From Bdellovibrionales bacterium (lineage in GTDB: Bacteria; Bdellovibrionota; Bdellovibrionia; Bdellovibrionales; UBA1609): a stretch of DNA of 35,721 nt. Where the stretch lies: assembly GCA_050246815.1 (NCBI GenBank), contig JBFWVI010000033.1, positions 1 to 35,721 on the forward strand, read 5' to 3'. The notes under the pieces were generated by a model. The model saw only the letters and a program-made list of their open reading frames with translations, had not been told where the DNA came from and did no database searches. The position numbers and the translations under genes were made by a program. Positions within the stretch are counted from its first letter, which is position 1; every line of letters starts with the position of its first letter. This document shows, piece by piece, positions 1-9,347 of the stretch.

Positions 1-2
1 AG

Positions 3-260
3 TGGCTCAAAGAAATTGGCGTGAAGACACTCTACATCGAACCCGGAAGTCCATGGGAGAACGGATATTGCGAATCATTCAACGGTAAGATGAGATATCA
101 ACTTCTGGATGGTGAGATCTTTTACACACTCTTCGAAGCTCAGGTCATCATTGAGAGATGGCGCCGTCATTACAACGAGGTCAGACCCCACTCTTCATTG
201 GGCGGACGTCCACCAAAGGCACCAGAAACAAGGGAGGCAAACATTCCGCTTGTCAGTTAG
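3..260 (+). CDS. IS3-family transposase OrfB, C-terminal fragment (5' partial)
   Basis: WLKEIGVKTLYIEPGSPWENGYCESFNGK...WRRHYNEVRPHSSLGGRPP is the rve/integrase-core end typical of IS3 transposases; the frame is open from the window edge. Confidence 0.93.
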   Translation, partial: WLKEIGVKTLYIEPGSPWENGYCESFNGKMRYQLLDGEIFYTLFEAQVIIERWRRHYNEVRPHSSLGGRPPKAPETREANIPLVS

Positions 261-276
261 TTATTAACATTGGTAG

Positions 277-301
277 TGGTACAAAAATTCCCGGCCGGTC
301 A
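277..301 (+). repeat. Putative right terminal inverted repeat of the IS3 element
   Basis: Lies just downstream of the transposase stop and ends 5'-...GGTCA-3' (IS3 ends are TG...CA); the partner IRL is not visible. Confidence 0.7.
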
Positions 302-1072
302 CTCGTACCAGTAAATGAGATCACTATTAGTGAAGAGTTTGACGCCGAGATACAGAGCATCGATCTCGCGGCCTTCGACGTGCGAAAGCACGAGGTGCCG
401 CGAAGACCCTTCGTCATCGCGCACGTTACGGACCACGCGGTGGCTTGCGACATTGACCTCAAATATCACAAGCGCAATTCCATCGTTCACCGCAACACCG
501 CTTTCGCCGAATTGCAGAATGCGGTTTTGCCTTATGGATTCAGCCCGCGCACTTCCAAGAGTTGAACCAAAAACTAATGCGGTTGATGAACGCTCACGGT
601 ATTGGCCCACCAGTGGTTGCGTCGCGACTTCATTTTCAACAAAAACAGATGGCCCCTTTTTTCGAATTTCTTTCTCCACTTTGGCGTAGACCGCTTTTTC
701 GCCAGCCGCCAGTCCCTGGGCCGCTGAATCACTATCAAGGTAAGCAGTCGCGTAAGCGTCTTGGAAATAGCGACTTCTGAGCCAGAACGAAGGATGATCA
801 AATAATGCGTGCGCGAGTTCAAATTTTGCGAACCCATCAATTGCACCCGTTTCCGAATTGCCAATCCCACGGAAAAGTTTGACGACATGAGACTCTTTTA
901 TTCCCAATGACTGACGAATGTACGGTTGTGGTCCGTTTGGCGTACCTAAAAATAAATTTTCACAAGCCGCCAATGATGAGGAATTTTGGAGTGAGGCAGC
1001 ATCAGCAGCAGGTAGCGCACCGAAATTAATCGCTATCAGCATCAAAGTTTGGACGAATATGGCTTTTTGCAC
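299..1072 (-). pseudogene. Secreted hypothetical protein, probably 3'-truncated by the IS3 insertion
   Basis: Signal peptide (MQKAIFVQTLMLIAINFGALPAADA); its TGA stop is exactly the last 3 bp of the IS end (299-301). Confidence 0.65.
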
Positions 1073-1288
1073 TCGATCAGTTTATCAAAAAACCGAATTT
1101 TAATCACCTGTAACGAATTTGACAGAGTGACGAAATTTGACACCGACTAAAACCCAATCTAAACGGCTCATAAGGCGTTCAGGCTGTGTATCGGCTGGCC
1201 GCTGGCCCTTGTCCCCGCAGGCAAGCCGTGGCGGGCACTCGGAAAAACGAGCTATTTAGGCCGCATTTGGACGATTAAGCTTAGTGCT

Positions 1289-2422
1289 CTACTCAGTGCC
1301 CCCGGCATCTTGGAGTAACTTGATCAACTGACTTGCATACGGGCTCCGATTTAGCATTCCTAGAGGTGTCCGCCCGTGAACTCTGAGGTTAACGTCGGCG
1401 CCACGATTCAATAGAACTTTAACATATTCTAGAGCTGCTGGAACATCGGACGGATAATCACGTTCGCTGTACACTTGCGACACCATGTGAAGCGGGGGCG
1501 CACAATAACCGTACCCCGAACCGCTCTCTGCCGCATGGTTAGGGTCAGCCCCAGAATCTATCAGCAATTCAGCAATCTGGGGCGACTGATAACTTGTTAT
1601 CAAAGGGGTCCTGCAACCCATTGGGTCATTGATATCTGCCCCTAGAGAAATCATTTTCTTAATGAGTCTTTCTGCAACTTTGTTGTTGTTTTTAGCCCTT
1701 TTGATAGCAAGCAATAAAGCCGTATCACCTTTATTAAAGCCACCGTTCATGTACTGCTTTTTATTTAAAATCCGCTGAATGTGAGGATGCTTCAAAAGTT
1801 CTTCTGCATACGCATAATCATTTTTGGGCTCACTAAACGGATGCAAAGCCCGATAAAGCAGGTAAACATCCTGCCCTTCTCCCAAAGGGACACTTATATC
1901 GGCATTCAATTCTAAAAATTTTCTAAAGACTGGAAGGGAGACTCTATCGCGGACATCAGCAGCTTCATCATACTCTATAAATAATGAAAGTGCGGTTTCG
2001 CCTCTCTTATTTTTCGAATCGATTTTAATGCCGACATTCAAGAGAGTTTCGAGGGTCTTAAAGGCCTCATTAAGATCATTTTTCCCATTAAGATATAAAA
2101 CAAAAAAGTGCAGTGGGTTATTTCCGTAAAGTAAAGAAGGGTACTGATTTAAATCCACACCTTCATCTATAAAAACCTGCAACATTTCGTTTAAATTAAG
2201 AGCTACAGCATAGTCATATGCCGTTAAGTCCATATAGCAACCTTCTGCATGAGGATTTGCACCACTCCTAATTGCCTTTCGAAGCCCCTCTACGTCCCCA
2301 GACTGCACAATTTTCAGCATCGACGTTTTTTTGCACTGTTCATGTCGGCGAACGTTTTCCGCGTAGCTAGCGGAAGTCATAAAATACAAAAAGAATATAA
2401 AACAAATTCTCACAGTAAACAC
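1289..2422 (-). CDS. Secreted ankyrin-repeat protein
   Basis: Signal peptide ending ASYA; repeated ankyrin motifs (GNNPLH, GETALS, GDTALLLA, GADIN, RTPL, GADPN, GADVN-GRTPL); the start may be GTG at 2413 after GAAGGGG. Confidence 0.9.
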   Translation of the reverse strand: MFTVRICFIFFLYFMTSASYAENVRRHEQCKKTSMLKIVQSGDVEGLRKAIRSGANPHAEGCYMDLTAYDYAVALNLNEMLQVFIDEGVDLNQYPSLLYGNNPLHFFVLYLNGKNDLNEAFKTLETLLNVGIKIDSKNKRGETALSLFIEYDEAADVRDRVSLPVFRKFLELNADISVPLGEGQDVYLLYRALHPFSEPKNDYAYAEELLKHPHIQRILNKKQYMNGGFNKGDTALLLAIKRAKNNNKVAERLIKKMISLGADINDPMGCRTPLITSYQSPQIAELLIDSGADPNHAAESGSGYGYCAPPLHMVSQVYSERDYPSDVPAALEYVKVLLNRGADVNLRVHGRTPLGMLNRSPYASQLIKLLQDAGGTE

Positions 2423-2662
2423 CCCTTCAAAGAAGATGTTGATATAACCGAGTATTACTACGCATTTAAGTGCATTCTTGTCGATGTATTTTTGTAAATC
2501 AACACAGTTTGGTGACTGGGATATTTAACATGCTCGCGCTTAATTCTGCGATAAATGCTCACGACAAGCAGTCTTAAATGAAAACTTCGGCCAGCAAACA
2601 TGACCGGCCTGGTGCTGTTCGAACTGAACGAAAAAAGTTTTTCACATTTTTCTATCTAGATC

Positions 2663-3241
2663 TTATTTTTCGAGCTTTCTGCTCATGTCTTTAATGCGTT
2701 CAAAGCCGTCGCAAGAGACTGGAGTTGGCGCTGTCGCTTTGCGACTGAATGCTTCTTGGCCCTCTAATTCGCTTGAGAGGTATCTTTCTTTTGCTGTGGT
2801 AGATTGGGTCAAATTTAGCCGCGACAAAAAACAGACGTCCCAAGTTTTCAGGCTCATACCAAAAAATTTCTGCGCACGGGTTCTTTTTTGAATGCCGATC
2901 ACGGGATAATTGGTTGTTGACCTTGATTGAACCCAGGGGAAATTTTTTGCATACTCCTGATCATTCGAGCTCATTGTCTCTGGACGATTTCTTTCGGGGG
3001 CATTAGGCTCCCACTTGGGTTCAGCTACCCAGTAAAATTTTACGTTCTGTCCGTCATCATTGTATTGCTTATCGTAATTGTCTTCCTGGCGAGCCGTTGA
3101 AAACTCACCATGTAAAAACCCTAATTTTACTTTGGGTGTATTTTTTAAAGGTTTCGGAATTTGAGTGGAAACCTTCTCGGAGCTTGCGCAACCCATAAAA
3201 GAAGCGCACAAAGTCAGCAGAACAAGTAGTTTTCTTTTCAT
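2663..3241 (-). CDS. Hypothetical lipoprotein
   Basis: Start moved to ATG 3241 behind an AAGGAG RBS; MKRKLLVLLTLCASFMG-C is a lipoprotein signal. Confidence 0.8.
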   Translation of the reverse strand: MKRKLLVLLTLCASFMGCASSEKVSTQIPKPLKNTPKVKLGFLHGEFSTARQEDNYDKQYNDDGQNVKFYWVAEPKWEPNAPERNRPETMSSNDQEYAKNFPWVQSRSTTNYPVIGIQKRTRAQKFFGMSLKTWDVCFLSRLNLTQSTTAKERYLSSELEGQEAFSRKATAPTPVSCDGFERIKDMSRKLEK

Positions 3242-3287
3242 ACATTCTCCTTGAAAAATTTTGTAACCGAGAGAGTCGAACGTCAAG

Positions 3288-4622
3288 CTAATAGATGGAT
3301 ACACTCGGGATTAGTCGAGTATGCGTCATCGCGAATTGATAGGGGCCCCACTCTAGGGCTAAGAAGCTGCCCTCAGCATCTGGTTCCATTATTGAGAACA
3401 GATTATTGCTGCGTGGAATAAGGGGGCCAGCATCAGTCATCACGATTTCATCCATTTTTTCTGTCCAGGCTTTGGCTCCTAAAGTTTTTGCGACTGTTTG
3501 GGCATCTACACGCTGGCCGCCCAAAGCTGGGTCTGTCGCGCTGTAGGCTTCGGGGTATACAAGCTTTGCTTCGGGGTATTTTTTTTCCAGGTCCCCAAGT
3601 ATTCTGCCTCGGCTAAAGCGTTTCGATTTCGAATAGATTTTTTCAGTGTCAAATACATAAAGCCAGCGCACCGGTGATGAGTTGCCTCCGATTGTGACCG
3701 TTTTTCCTTTGGCGATTTTGACAATTTTCTCCGCATCACTCTTTGTCGGGTTGATAATGATTCCTTCGCCGGTTTCTAGATTCCAGGCTAAAATTGTTTG
3801 CACCACTCTGACTGCGTTCCAGTTTTTTGGCACGGGCGCCGGTAAATCGTCGATTTTTTTTTGCCGTTCCTTGCCTGGCCCACGACGCCTTGCGTTGCTG
3901 CCCATGCGTGATCGTGCGTCTTGCTGAATAATTTTTTTGCGAATTTCTTCCGTGTAATGGGGCTCTTCCTCAGGAGAAACATATTGAGTATTTTTGTAGA
4001 CGCGTTCACCTGTTCTCGCATCAAGCTCGATCGAATGTGGTTTGCCCGCGCTTTCGCCTTGAATGTAAAGTATTGAATCCGTCAATTCAGCTTTGCGTAT
4101 CGCAAACGGTTCCACATAGCCTGAGTAAACCCAAAAACCCCAGCGCAGCGTTCCTGTTTTTTGTTCGAGTCCGTAAATAAGATTATCAAAAACGCAAATC
4201 ACCACATCTTGATACAACAAAGCGGAGAGTAGGTTTTCGTAACTATTGAGAGATGATCGCCAGCGAAACACGCCCTCTTTTGTGTCGAGTCGGGCAACAA
4301 GATGTCGGCTGACTATTGGGCTTTCTTGTGATGGGTCCTTTGTCCCGACCGCGACGAAAAGGTAGAGGTCAGTACTCACTTCTTGTACTGAAAAACGAGC
4401 AACTTGGGCTGCTTCGTCACTTTTAAAAAGCGACATCGGGGGCTTTCCTTTTAGTGTCACATAACCATTCCGTTCAATTGTAAGCTGCGATCCATTACTC
4501 AGTTTGATGACTTCAAGATTTGTGTTCATTAAGACCTCCCGTGCAAGAGCTGCCTCCGCAAAGAGAATTCCTGCGGCAAAAATAAATTTTAGATAATGGC
4601 TTTTATGTATCAGCTTAAACAT
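3288..4622 (-). CDS. Exported hypothetical protein with PQQ-like beta-propeller repeats in its N-terminal half
   Basis: Signal peptide ending ALA; motifs LDTKEGVFRW, LEQKTGTLRW, LDARTGE, WNLETGE. Confidence 0.65.
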   Translation of the reverse strand: MFKLIHKSHYLKFIFAAGILFAEAALAREVLMNTNLEVIKLSNGSQLTIERNGYVTLKGKPPMSLFKSDEAAQVARFSVQEVSTDLYLFVAVGTKDPSQESPIVSRHLVARLDTKEGVFRWRSSLNSYENLLSALLYQDVVICVFDNLIYGLEQKTGTLRWGFWVYSGYVEPFAIRKAELTDSILYIQGESAGKPHSIELDARTGERVYKNTQYVSPEEEPHYTEEIRKKIIQQDARSRMGSNARRRGPGKERQKKIDDLPAPVPKNWNAVRVVQTILAWNLETGEGIIINPTKSDAEKIVKIAKGKTVTIGGNSSPVRWLYVFDTEKIYSKSKRFSRGRILGDLEKKYPEAKLVYPEAYSATDPALGGQRVDAQTVAKTLGAKAWTEKMDEIVMTDAGPLIPRSNNLFSIMEPDAEGSFLALEWGPYQFAMTHTRLIPSVSIY

Positions 4623-4632
4623 TCAAATCTAA

Positions 4633-6111
4633 TTAGGGTAAGGGTGATATTGCGAAGGTTTTTTGTGATTGAGGTTGTGCGATTTTTAGGCGTAAATAAT
4701 GGATCACATCGGCGGCTGAATAAGAGTTGGAACCCGGTTTGAAAAGTCGTCGCAAATTGCTAACGTCATCTCCGGCGGTCATGATCGCGGCCTCTTGGTA
4801 GCCACTTTCTTGGGATTGCGGCATACCAATCACTGAAAAAAGGCCGTTGCAGAGGCACTTGCGACCTTTGGTGTCTTCAATTTTGCCCCCCTTTTTTAAG
4901 TAATCATCAATAGGTTCGGCGGGGCAACGCATACCGATACCACCCTTATCGTTTTTGTAGGCCGTTCTTAAGTACCCTAGATCACACTTGCGTGGACGTT
5001 CTTGGTAAACAGCTTCATCTGACAAAGTGCCTGCCCGTTGCACAACTTTGAATGGAAATCCAGAGGGTGAAGCCAAAGGGTCAGTGAAAACGCTGGGAGC
5101 TTGATTTTGAACAATGTCTTGTCGCACCGAATTTTTGAGGTCAGAGTCCAAGCCCGATTCATTACAAAAAGCAAACGCCGTACCTACTTGCACTCCAGTT
5201 GCGCCAAAACTTAAGGCTTCAACAAATTTATCCGGAGTGGCAGCAGAGCCCGCGAGCCAAAAAGGAAGGCCTAAATCGCGGAATGTGCTTAAATCCACAA
5301 TGTCGCGCTCGGTATAAAGCGGTTCGCCACACTCATTAAAACGCATGGGGCCACGAGGGGGAGCGTTATGGCCACCTGCGGTCCAATGTTCAATGATAAA
5401 GCCATTCACTTTGCCTGTGGATTTTTTTGCTAAACTGAGCGCCAACGTTGATGAAGCCACAATGGCCAAAAAGTCTGGGCGCTTCAAAGGGGCCAGATTT
5501 AAATTCGGAAAGACCGTTTTCGGGTCAAAAAGGATTCGATTGTCATCTTCGGCCGCGGCATCATCAACAGCCAAACGGTGTGAAGCTTCTTCATGCAAAG
5601 CCAGTTTATCTAAGGCTCCTGGCATTTCACGGGGGATGCCGGCCCCCATCAACACATAATCAACACCCGCCAGCATTGCGCCGTAAATGCTAGGCAGATT
5701 GGGAAGTTGAATTTTTTCGAGCAGATTCAGGCCGACCACGCCGCCATGACCTTCTTTGGCTAAGAAAACTTCCACAAAGTTAGCTGCCACGGTCAGCCGT
5801 AAAAGGCCAAGCGAGGATTTGATCGCAAAAACGGGGCTGCGCTTATAGGGAACATCGGCTTTTTTGCCGCCCTCAACGTAGTAGGTCTTGATTAACTCCT
5901 CAGCGACTCCAGGAGCGGGGAAGTGTGCCAGCGCACGACGGCACGAGCCATCGGCATCACCGTCTTGCAGGCGACGGATCAGCACAGTGTTCATGCAGGT
6001 GCCTGACACCACACCCAACTCACCTAAGCGAGAAACTGTTTGGGCCAGGCGCCAATTGGACACACCGATGCCCATGCCGCCTTGAATGATTGAAGGGTGG
6101 ATTTTTTGCAT
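4633..6111 (-). CDS. Nitronate monooxygenase / 2-nitropropane dioxygenase-like FMN flavoprotein
   Basis: IIQGGMGIGVS, AGGHN, GVQVGTAF, SPSGFPFKV, plus a Cys-rich C-terminus (CDLGYL, CPAEP, CLCNGL). Confidence 0.88.
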   Translation of the reverse strand: MQKIHPSIIQGGMGIGVSNWRLAQTVSRLGELGVVSGTCMNTVLIRRLQDGDADGSCRRALAHFPAPGVAEELIKTYYVEGGKKADVPYKRSPVFAIKSSLGLLRLTVAANFVEVFLAKEGHGGVVGLNLLEKIQLPNLPSIYGAMLAGVDYVLMGAGIPREMPGALDKLALHEEASHRLAVDDAAAEDDNRILFDPKTVFPNLNLAPLKRPDFLAIVASSTLALSLAKKSTGKVNGFIIEHWTAGGHNAPPRGPMRFNECGEPLYTERDIVDLSTFRDLGLPFWLAGSAATPDKFVEALSFGATGVQVGTAFAFCNESGLDSDLKNSVRQDIVQNQAPSVFTDPLASPSGFPFKVVQRAGTLSDEAVYQERPRKCDLGYLRTAYKNDKGGIGMRCPAEPIDDYLKKGGKIEDTKGRKCLCNGLFSVIGMPQSQESGYQEAAIMTAGDDVSNLRRLFKPGSNSYSAADVIHYLRLKIAQPQSQKTFAISPLP

Positions 6112-6255
6112 TGGCAGCAGGATAGCGGGTCACCTTACGGCTTGCTAATGAATTGAGGTCAGTATGCAAAATATCGTGGCGCGCCGCTTCAGGAGGGTGT
6201 CTAAAATCGATTGCGCGTCTTGCGCAGCCGCCAAGGCGTGTCTTAGATACTGCTT

Positions 6256-7416
6256 ATGAAGAAAATTATGCTGCTTGGATCCGGTGAGTTGGGCAAGGAA
6301 TTCGTTATTTCAGCCAAACGCCTTGGGCTTTGGGTGGTGGCCGTGGATCGATACGCGGGCGCGCCGGCTATGCAGGTGGCGGATGCTTTTGAAGTGATCG
6401 ACATGCTCAGCGCCGAAAATCTAGAGAATGTGGTGCGACGGCATAGGCCCGATATCATAGTTCCTGAAATTGAGGCTATTCGCACAGAAAAGCTGTTGGA
6501 ACTGGAGCAAAAAGGCGTGCAAGTTGTGCCCAGTGCCAAAGCCGCTCACATGACCATGAATCGCGATGCCATTCGCGACGTTGCGGCAAAAATCTTGAAA
6601 CTCAAAACAGCAAGCTATGCCTATGCGGAATCCTTTGAGGAGTTACTTGAAGCTAGTCGAAAGATTGGTTTTCCCAATGTGGTGAAGCCAGTGATGTCGT
6701 CTTCTGGCAAGGGGCAATCCGTGGTGAAGGGCAGTTCTGAAGTGCGGGGGGCATGGCAGTATGCGATCGAGGGCATGCGAGGGGATCACAAGAAAGCGAT
6801 TGTCGAAGAGTTCATTCCATTTGAGTCGGAGATCACGCTTTTGACCATTAAACAGAAAAAAGGGCCAACCCTTTTTGTGAAGCCCATTGGGCACCGCCAA
6901 GAGCGGGGTGATTATCAGGAGTCTTGGTTGCCGGCGCGAATTACGTCCGCCCAACTGAAAAAGGCGCAAGGCATGGCCAAAAAAGTGACGGATTATTTAG
7001 GTGGGGCGGGACTTTTTGGTGTGGAATTTTTTGTGACTCGAAAAGAAATTTATTTTTCTGAACTTTCACCGCGCCCTCATGACACCGGCATGGTGACATT
7101 GGCCTCCCAAGATCTGTCCGAGTTTGATTTGCATTTGCGTGCGATTTTGGGATTGCCGATCAATGAGATTAATTATCATGGGCCCACGGCTTCGGCGGTG
7201 GTTCTGGCAGATCGGGAGTCCGATCAGTTTGAAGTGACCGGCGTGGCGCAAGCCTTAAAAGCAAAGGGTGTCGAGGTGCGAGTTTTTGGTAAGCCCGCCA
7301 CGCGCCCATACCGTCGAATGGCTGTGGCGCTGGCGCGTGGTGAAAACATCGATCAGGCGCGTCGCAAGGCTAAAGCGGCGGCTCAAAAAGTCAAAATTCA
7401 ATATCACGAAGCCTAA
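6256..7416 (+). CDS. purT: Formate-dependent phosphoribosylglycinamide formyltransferase
   Basis: [59 protein letters not shown]. Confidence 0.97.
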   Translation: MKKIMLLGSGELGKEFVISAKRLGLWVVAVDRYAGAPAMQVADAFEVIDMLSAENLENVVRRHRPDIIVPEIEAIRTEKLLELEQKGVQVVPSAKAAHMTMNRDAIRDVAAKILKLKTASYAYAESFEELLEASRKIGFPNVVKPVMSSSGKGQSVVKGSSEVRGAWQYAIEGMRGDHKKAIVEEFIPFESEITLLTIKQKKGPTLFVKPIGHRQERGDYQESWLPARITSAQLKKAQGMAKKVTDYLGGAGLFGVEFFVTRKEIYFSELSPRPHDTGMVTLASQDLSEFDLHLRAILGLPINEINYHGPTASAVVLADRESDQFEVTGVAQALKAKGVEVRVFGKPATRPYRRMAVALARGENIDQARRKAKAAAQKVKIQYHEA

Positions 7417-7419
7417 AAA

Positions 7420-7890
7420 TTAAAGCGGAGGCAAGCCAATCGTGCATCCGGCAAAAAGACAGCCCAGGTTTGGGTTGCCCGTGCAGCGGGTCCAGGCGAT
7501 GGTCTTTTGGGGTGTGTAGCAAAGCAAAATACTGTTCTTATCATTAGTTCTAAAGCCCAAGATTAGCTCTTGTTCCGTGAAAAATCGTTGGACCTGCTCA
7601 AAGACGGTGGCGCGAATTTCGAGGGACTGCTGGTGGGGATCCTTGTCGAAGACGGTTTGTCGAAGTGTGCAAACGGCGTTGGGTCTTAATTCTGGCCGAC
7701 CACCGCGCACATAATCCCAAACGGTGGGAACTTTCCATTGGCAGCTAAAGCCCTGCAGTTCAGCAAAACCCAAAAGTCGCTCTTGTAGTTGGGGTGAAGC
7801 GGTTGGCATCAAGTCGCCCACAGACATTTGCATCGGCACAATCACCACAGCAAACACAGCTGCAATGACGAGAATTAAAATCTTCATCAT
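7420..7890 (-). CDS. Hypothetical exported or membrane-anchored Cys-containing protein
   Basis: 156-aa ORF with an N-terminal hydrophobic segment; converges on purT. Confidence 0.65.
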   Translation of the reverse strand: MMKILILVIAAVFAVVIVPMQMSVGDLMPTASPQLQERLLGFAELQGFSCQWKVPTVWDYVRGGRPELRPNAVCTLRQTVFDKDPHQQSLEIRATVFEQVQRFFTEQELILGFRTNDKNSILLCYTPQKTIAWTRCTGNPNLGCLFAGCTIGLPPL

Positions 7891-8020
7891 GTCTTAAGAC
7901 TGCCGCGCAGAAGATCATGTGACAACGCCAATTTGCGGCATCAGGATGAAATAAGTATTTCGTAAAAATTACATAAGATATTGATATTACTCTATTTTCG
8001 TTCTGGCGCTGGAGAGTGTT

Positions 8021-8036
8021 TGGCACTTGTCGTGCT
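8021..8036 (+). promoter_or_regulatory. Putative sigma54 (-24/-12) promoter
   Basis: TGGCACTTGTCGTGCT fits GG-N10-GC; lies 33 nt before ATG 8070 with an AT-rich tract upstream. Confidence 0.7.
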
Positions 8037-8069
8037 CTGACATGCTTTGGGTCATTGGGGACCAGGGTT

Positions 8070-9347
8070 ATGGGTTTGGGATCAAGACAATTTAAAAAGG
8101 CGGCTTTCCGTCTTTGGTTGGCCGCTTGTGTGGCTGTTGCGCCGATGCACGCCTGGGCCAAAGTGCCCTCTATGATTATTCAATCCGTGTCCGATGCGGG
8201 TGAAGACGATCAATTGGATCTTCAGGTCAGCATTGCTTTTGTCCAAGAGGGGCAGGAGCAAAAGGTTCTTGAAGAGGCCTTGAGCAATACTCCAAACGCC
8301 ACATTCACGATTCTCACGGGGCGGTCAGCACAACAAGGGATGCCTGATTTTTTCAAACGCGTTCAAGAGGGTGGCTATGGCCCTTCGGTGCAGGTTGTTC
8401 AGCTGAATGAAGCGCGTCTTTCTGAAGAGACAAAAAAAGTTCTGGCAGAAAACAAAGAGTTTAAAAAGCAATACAATGAAGCTTTGTGGCAGCCGCGCTT
8501 GGCTAAACTTAGAGATACGGGCACCGGACTTCTTTTTACCATTGGCAGCTCCAGCGGTTTTGCTCTGTCCTACTGGTATGTGACCGGGGATGTCTCAATG
8601 TCCAACAAGCTTTTCGCGCTGACTTTTTTACTGAATGGCTTTCAGGCTTTATTTACCGATCTATGGGGCAAATACCAAAAGATGGGTGGGCAAATCGGTC
8701 AAAAAATTCATCAGACGATTGCCAGGGTTTTGGGTAAAACCATGGAAGCCGGACGCGTCTCGGATGATTTGGGACGCCTTTTTGCAGTAGCAGGTTTTAA
8801 TGTTGCGGTTGCCACTGCGATTATGGCCGTGCAGGGTGCTTTTTTGAGCACACCGTGGATTGTTCTTTTAGGACTAATTGGCAGTTGGGATGCGATATGG
8901 GATCTGACTTTTGGTCGTTTCACAGAGCTTGGCATGCTCAAAGACTCTCACCAAAAGAAGTTCGTTCGTTATCGTATTTTATTTGCGCCGGCCATTGAGG
9001 CTGCGGCCTACACCGGTGGCCCCGCAGGAATGGGAGCGGCTGCAATCATGGCGTTGATTGGTTCCACGGGATTGGTTTCTTTTTTTGCAGCCAAACATTT
9101 GCAAGGGGCCATAATGAAACGCAAAGCTGCTTTGATCGCGAGGGCTGACACAAAAAGACTTGAAGTGCAGTCGCAACAAGCCGCAATCGAAGCTAGACGT
9201 TTGCAGATGCAAACAGAAAGAGCTGCACGAGCGTCCGCTTTGCGCCAGAATGAGTTTGATTTGTATCAGCAAAGGTTTGGTCGCGCTCCTATGGCGGAGC
9301 CACGTACTTTGGTGTGCGACGAGCTATTGGAACGGGATGCGGATTAA
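8070..9347 (+). CDS. Hypothetical exported multi-helix membrane protein with a C-terminal coiled coil
   Basis: Start moved to ATG 8070, downstream of the sigma54 site; signal peptide ending AWA; several hydrophobic helices; Q/R/E/A-rich tail. Confidence 0.75.
   Translation: MGLGSRQFKKAAFRLWLAACVAVAPMHAWAKVPSMIIQSVSDAGEDDQLDLQVSIAFVQEGQEQKVLEEALSNTPNATFTILTGRSAQQGMPDFFKRVQEGGYGPSVQVVQLNEARLSEETKKVLAENKEFKKQYNEALWQPRLAKLRDTGTGLLFTIGSSSGFALSYWYVTGDVSMSNKLFALTFLLNGFQALFTDLWGKYQKMGGQIGQKIHQTIARVLGKTMEAGRVSDDLGRLFAVAGFNVAVATAIMAVQGAFLSTPWIVLLGLIGSWDAIWDLTFGRFTELGMLKDSHQKKFVRYRILFAPAIEAAAYTGGPAGMGAAAIMALIGSTGLVSFFAAKHLQGAIMKRKAALIARADTKRLEVQSQQAAIEARRLQMQTERAARASALRQNEFDLYQQRFGRAPMAEPRTLVCDELLERDAD

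Larger units (their letters stand above)
1..301 (+). mobile_element. IS3-family insertion sequence, right-hand part (left part outside window)
   Basis: Integrase-core C-terminus followed by an IS3-type right end TGGTACAAAAATTCCCGGCCGGTCA ending in CA at 301. Confidence 0.9.

Noticed and set aside
158..1103. Short plus-strand ORFs (158-565, 315-689, 562-780, 918-1103)
   Set aside because: Antisense to the 257-aa gene or crossing the IS end; no recognisable motifs
299..4622. Integron cassette array (co-oriented orphan genes)
   Set aside because: No RYYYAAC...GTTRRRY attC sites after the stops and no integron integrase visible
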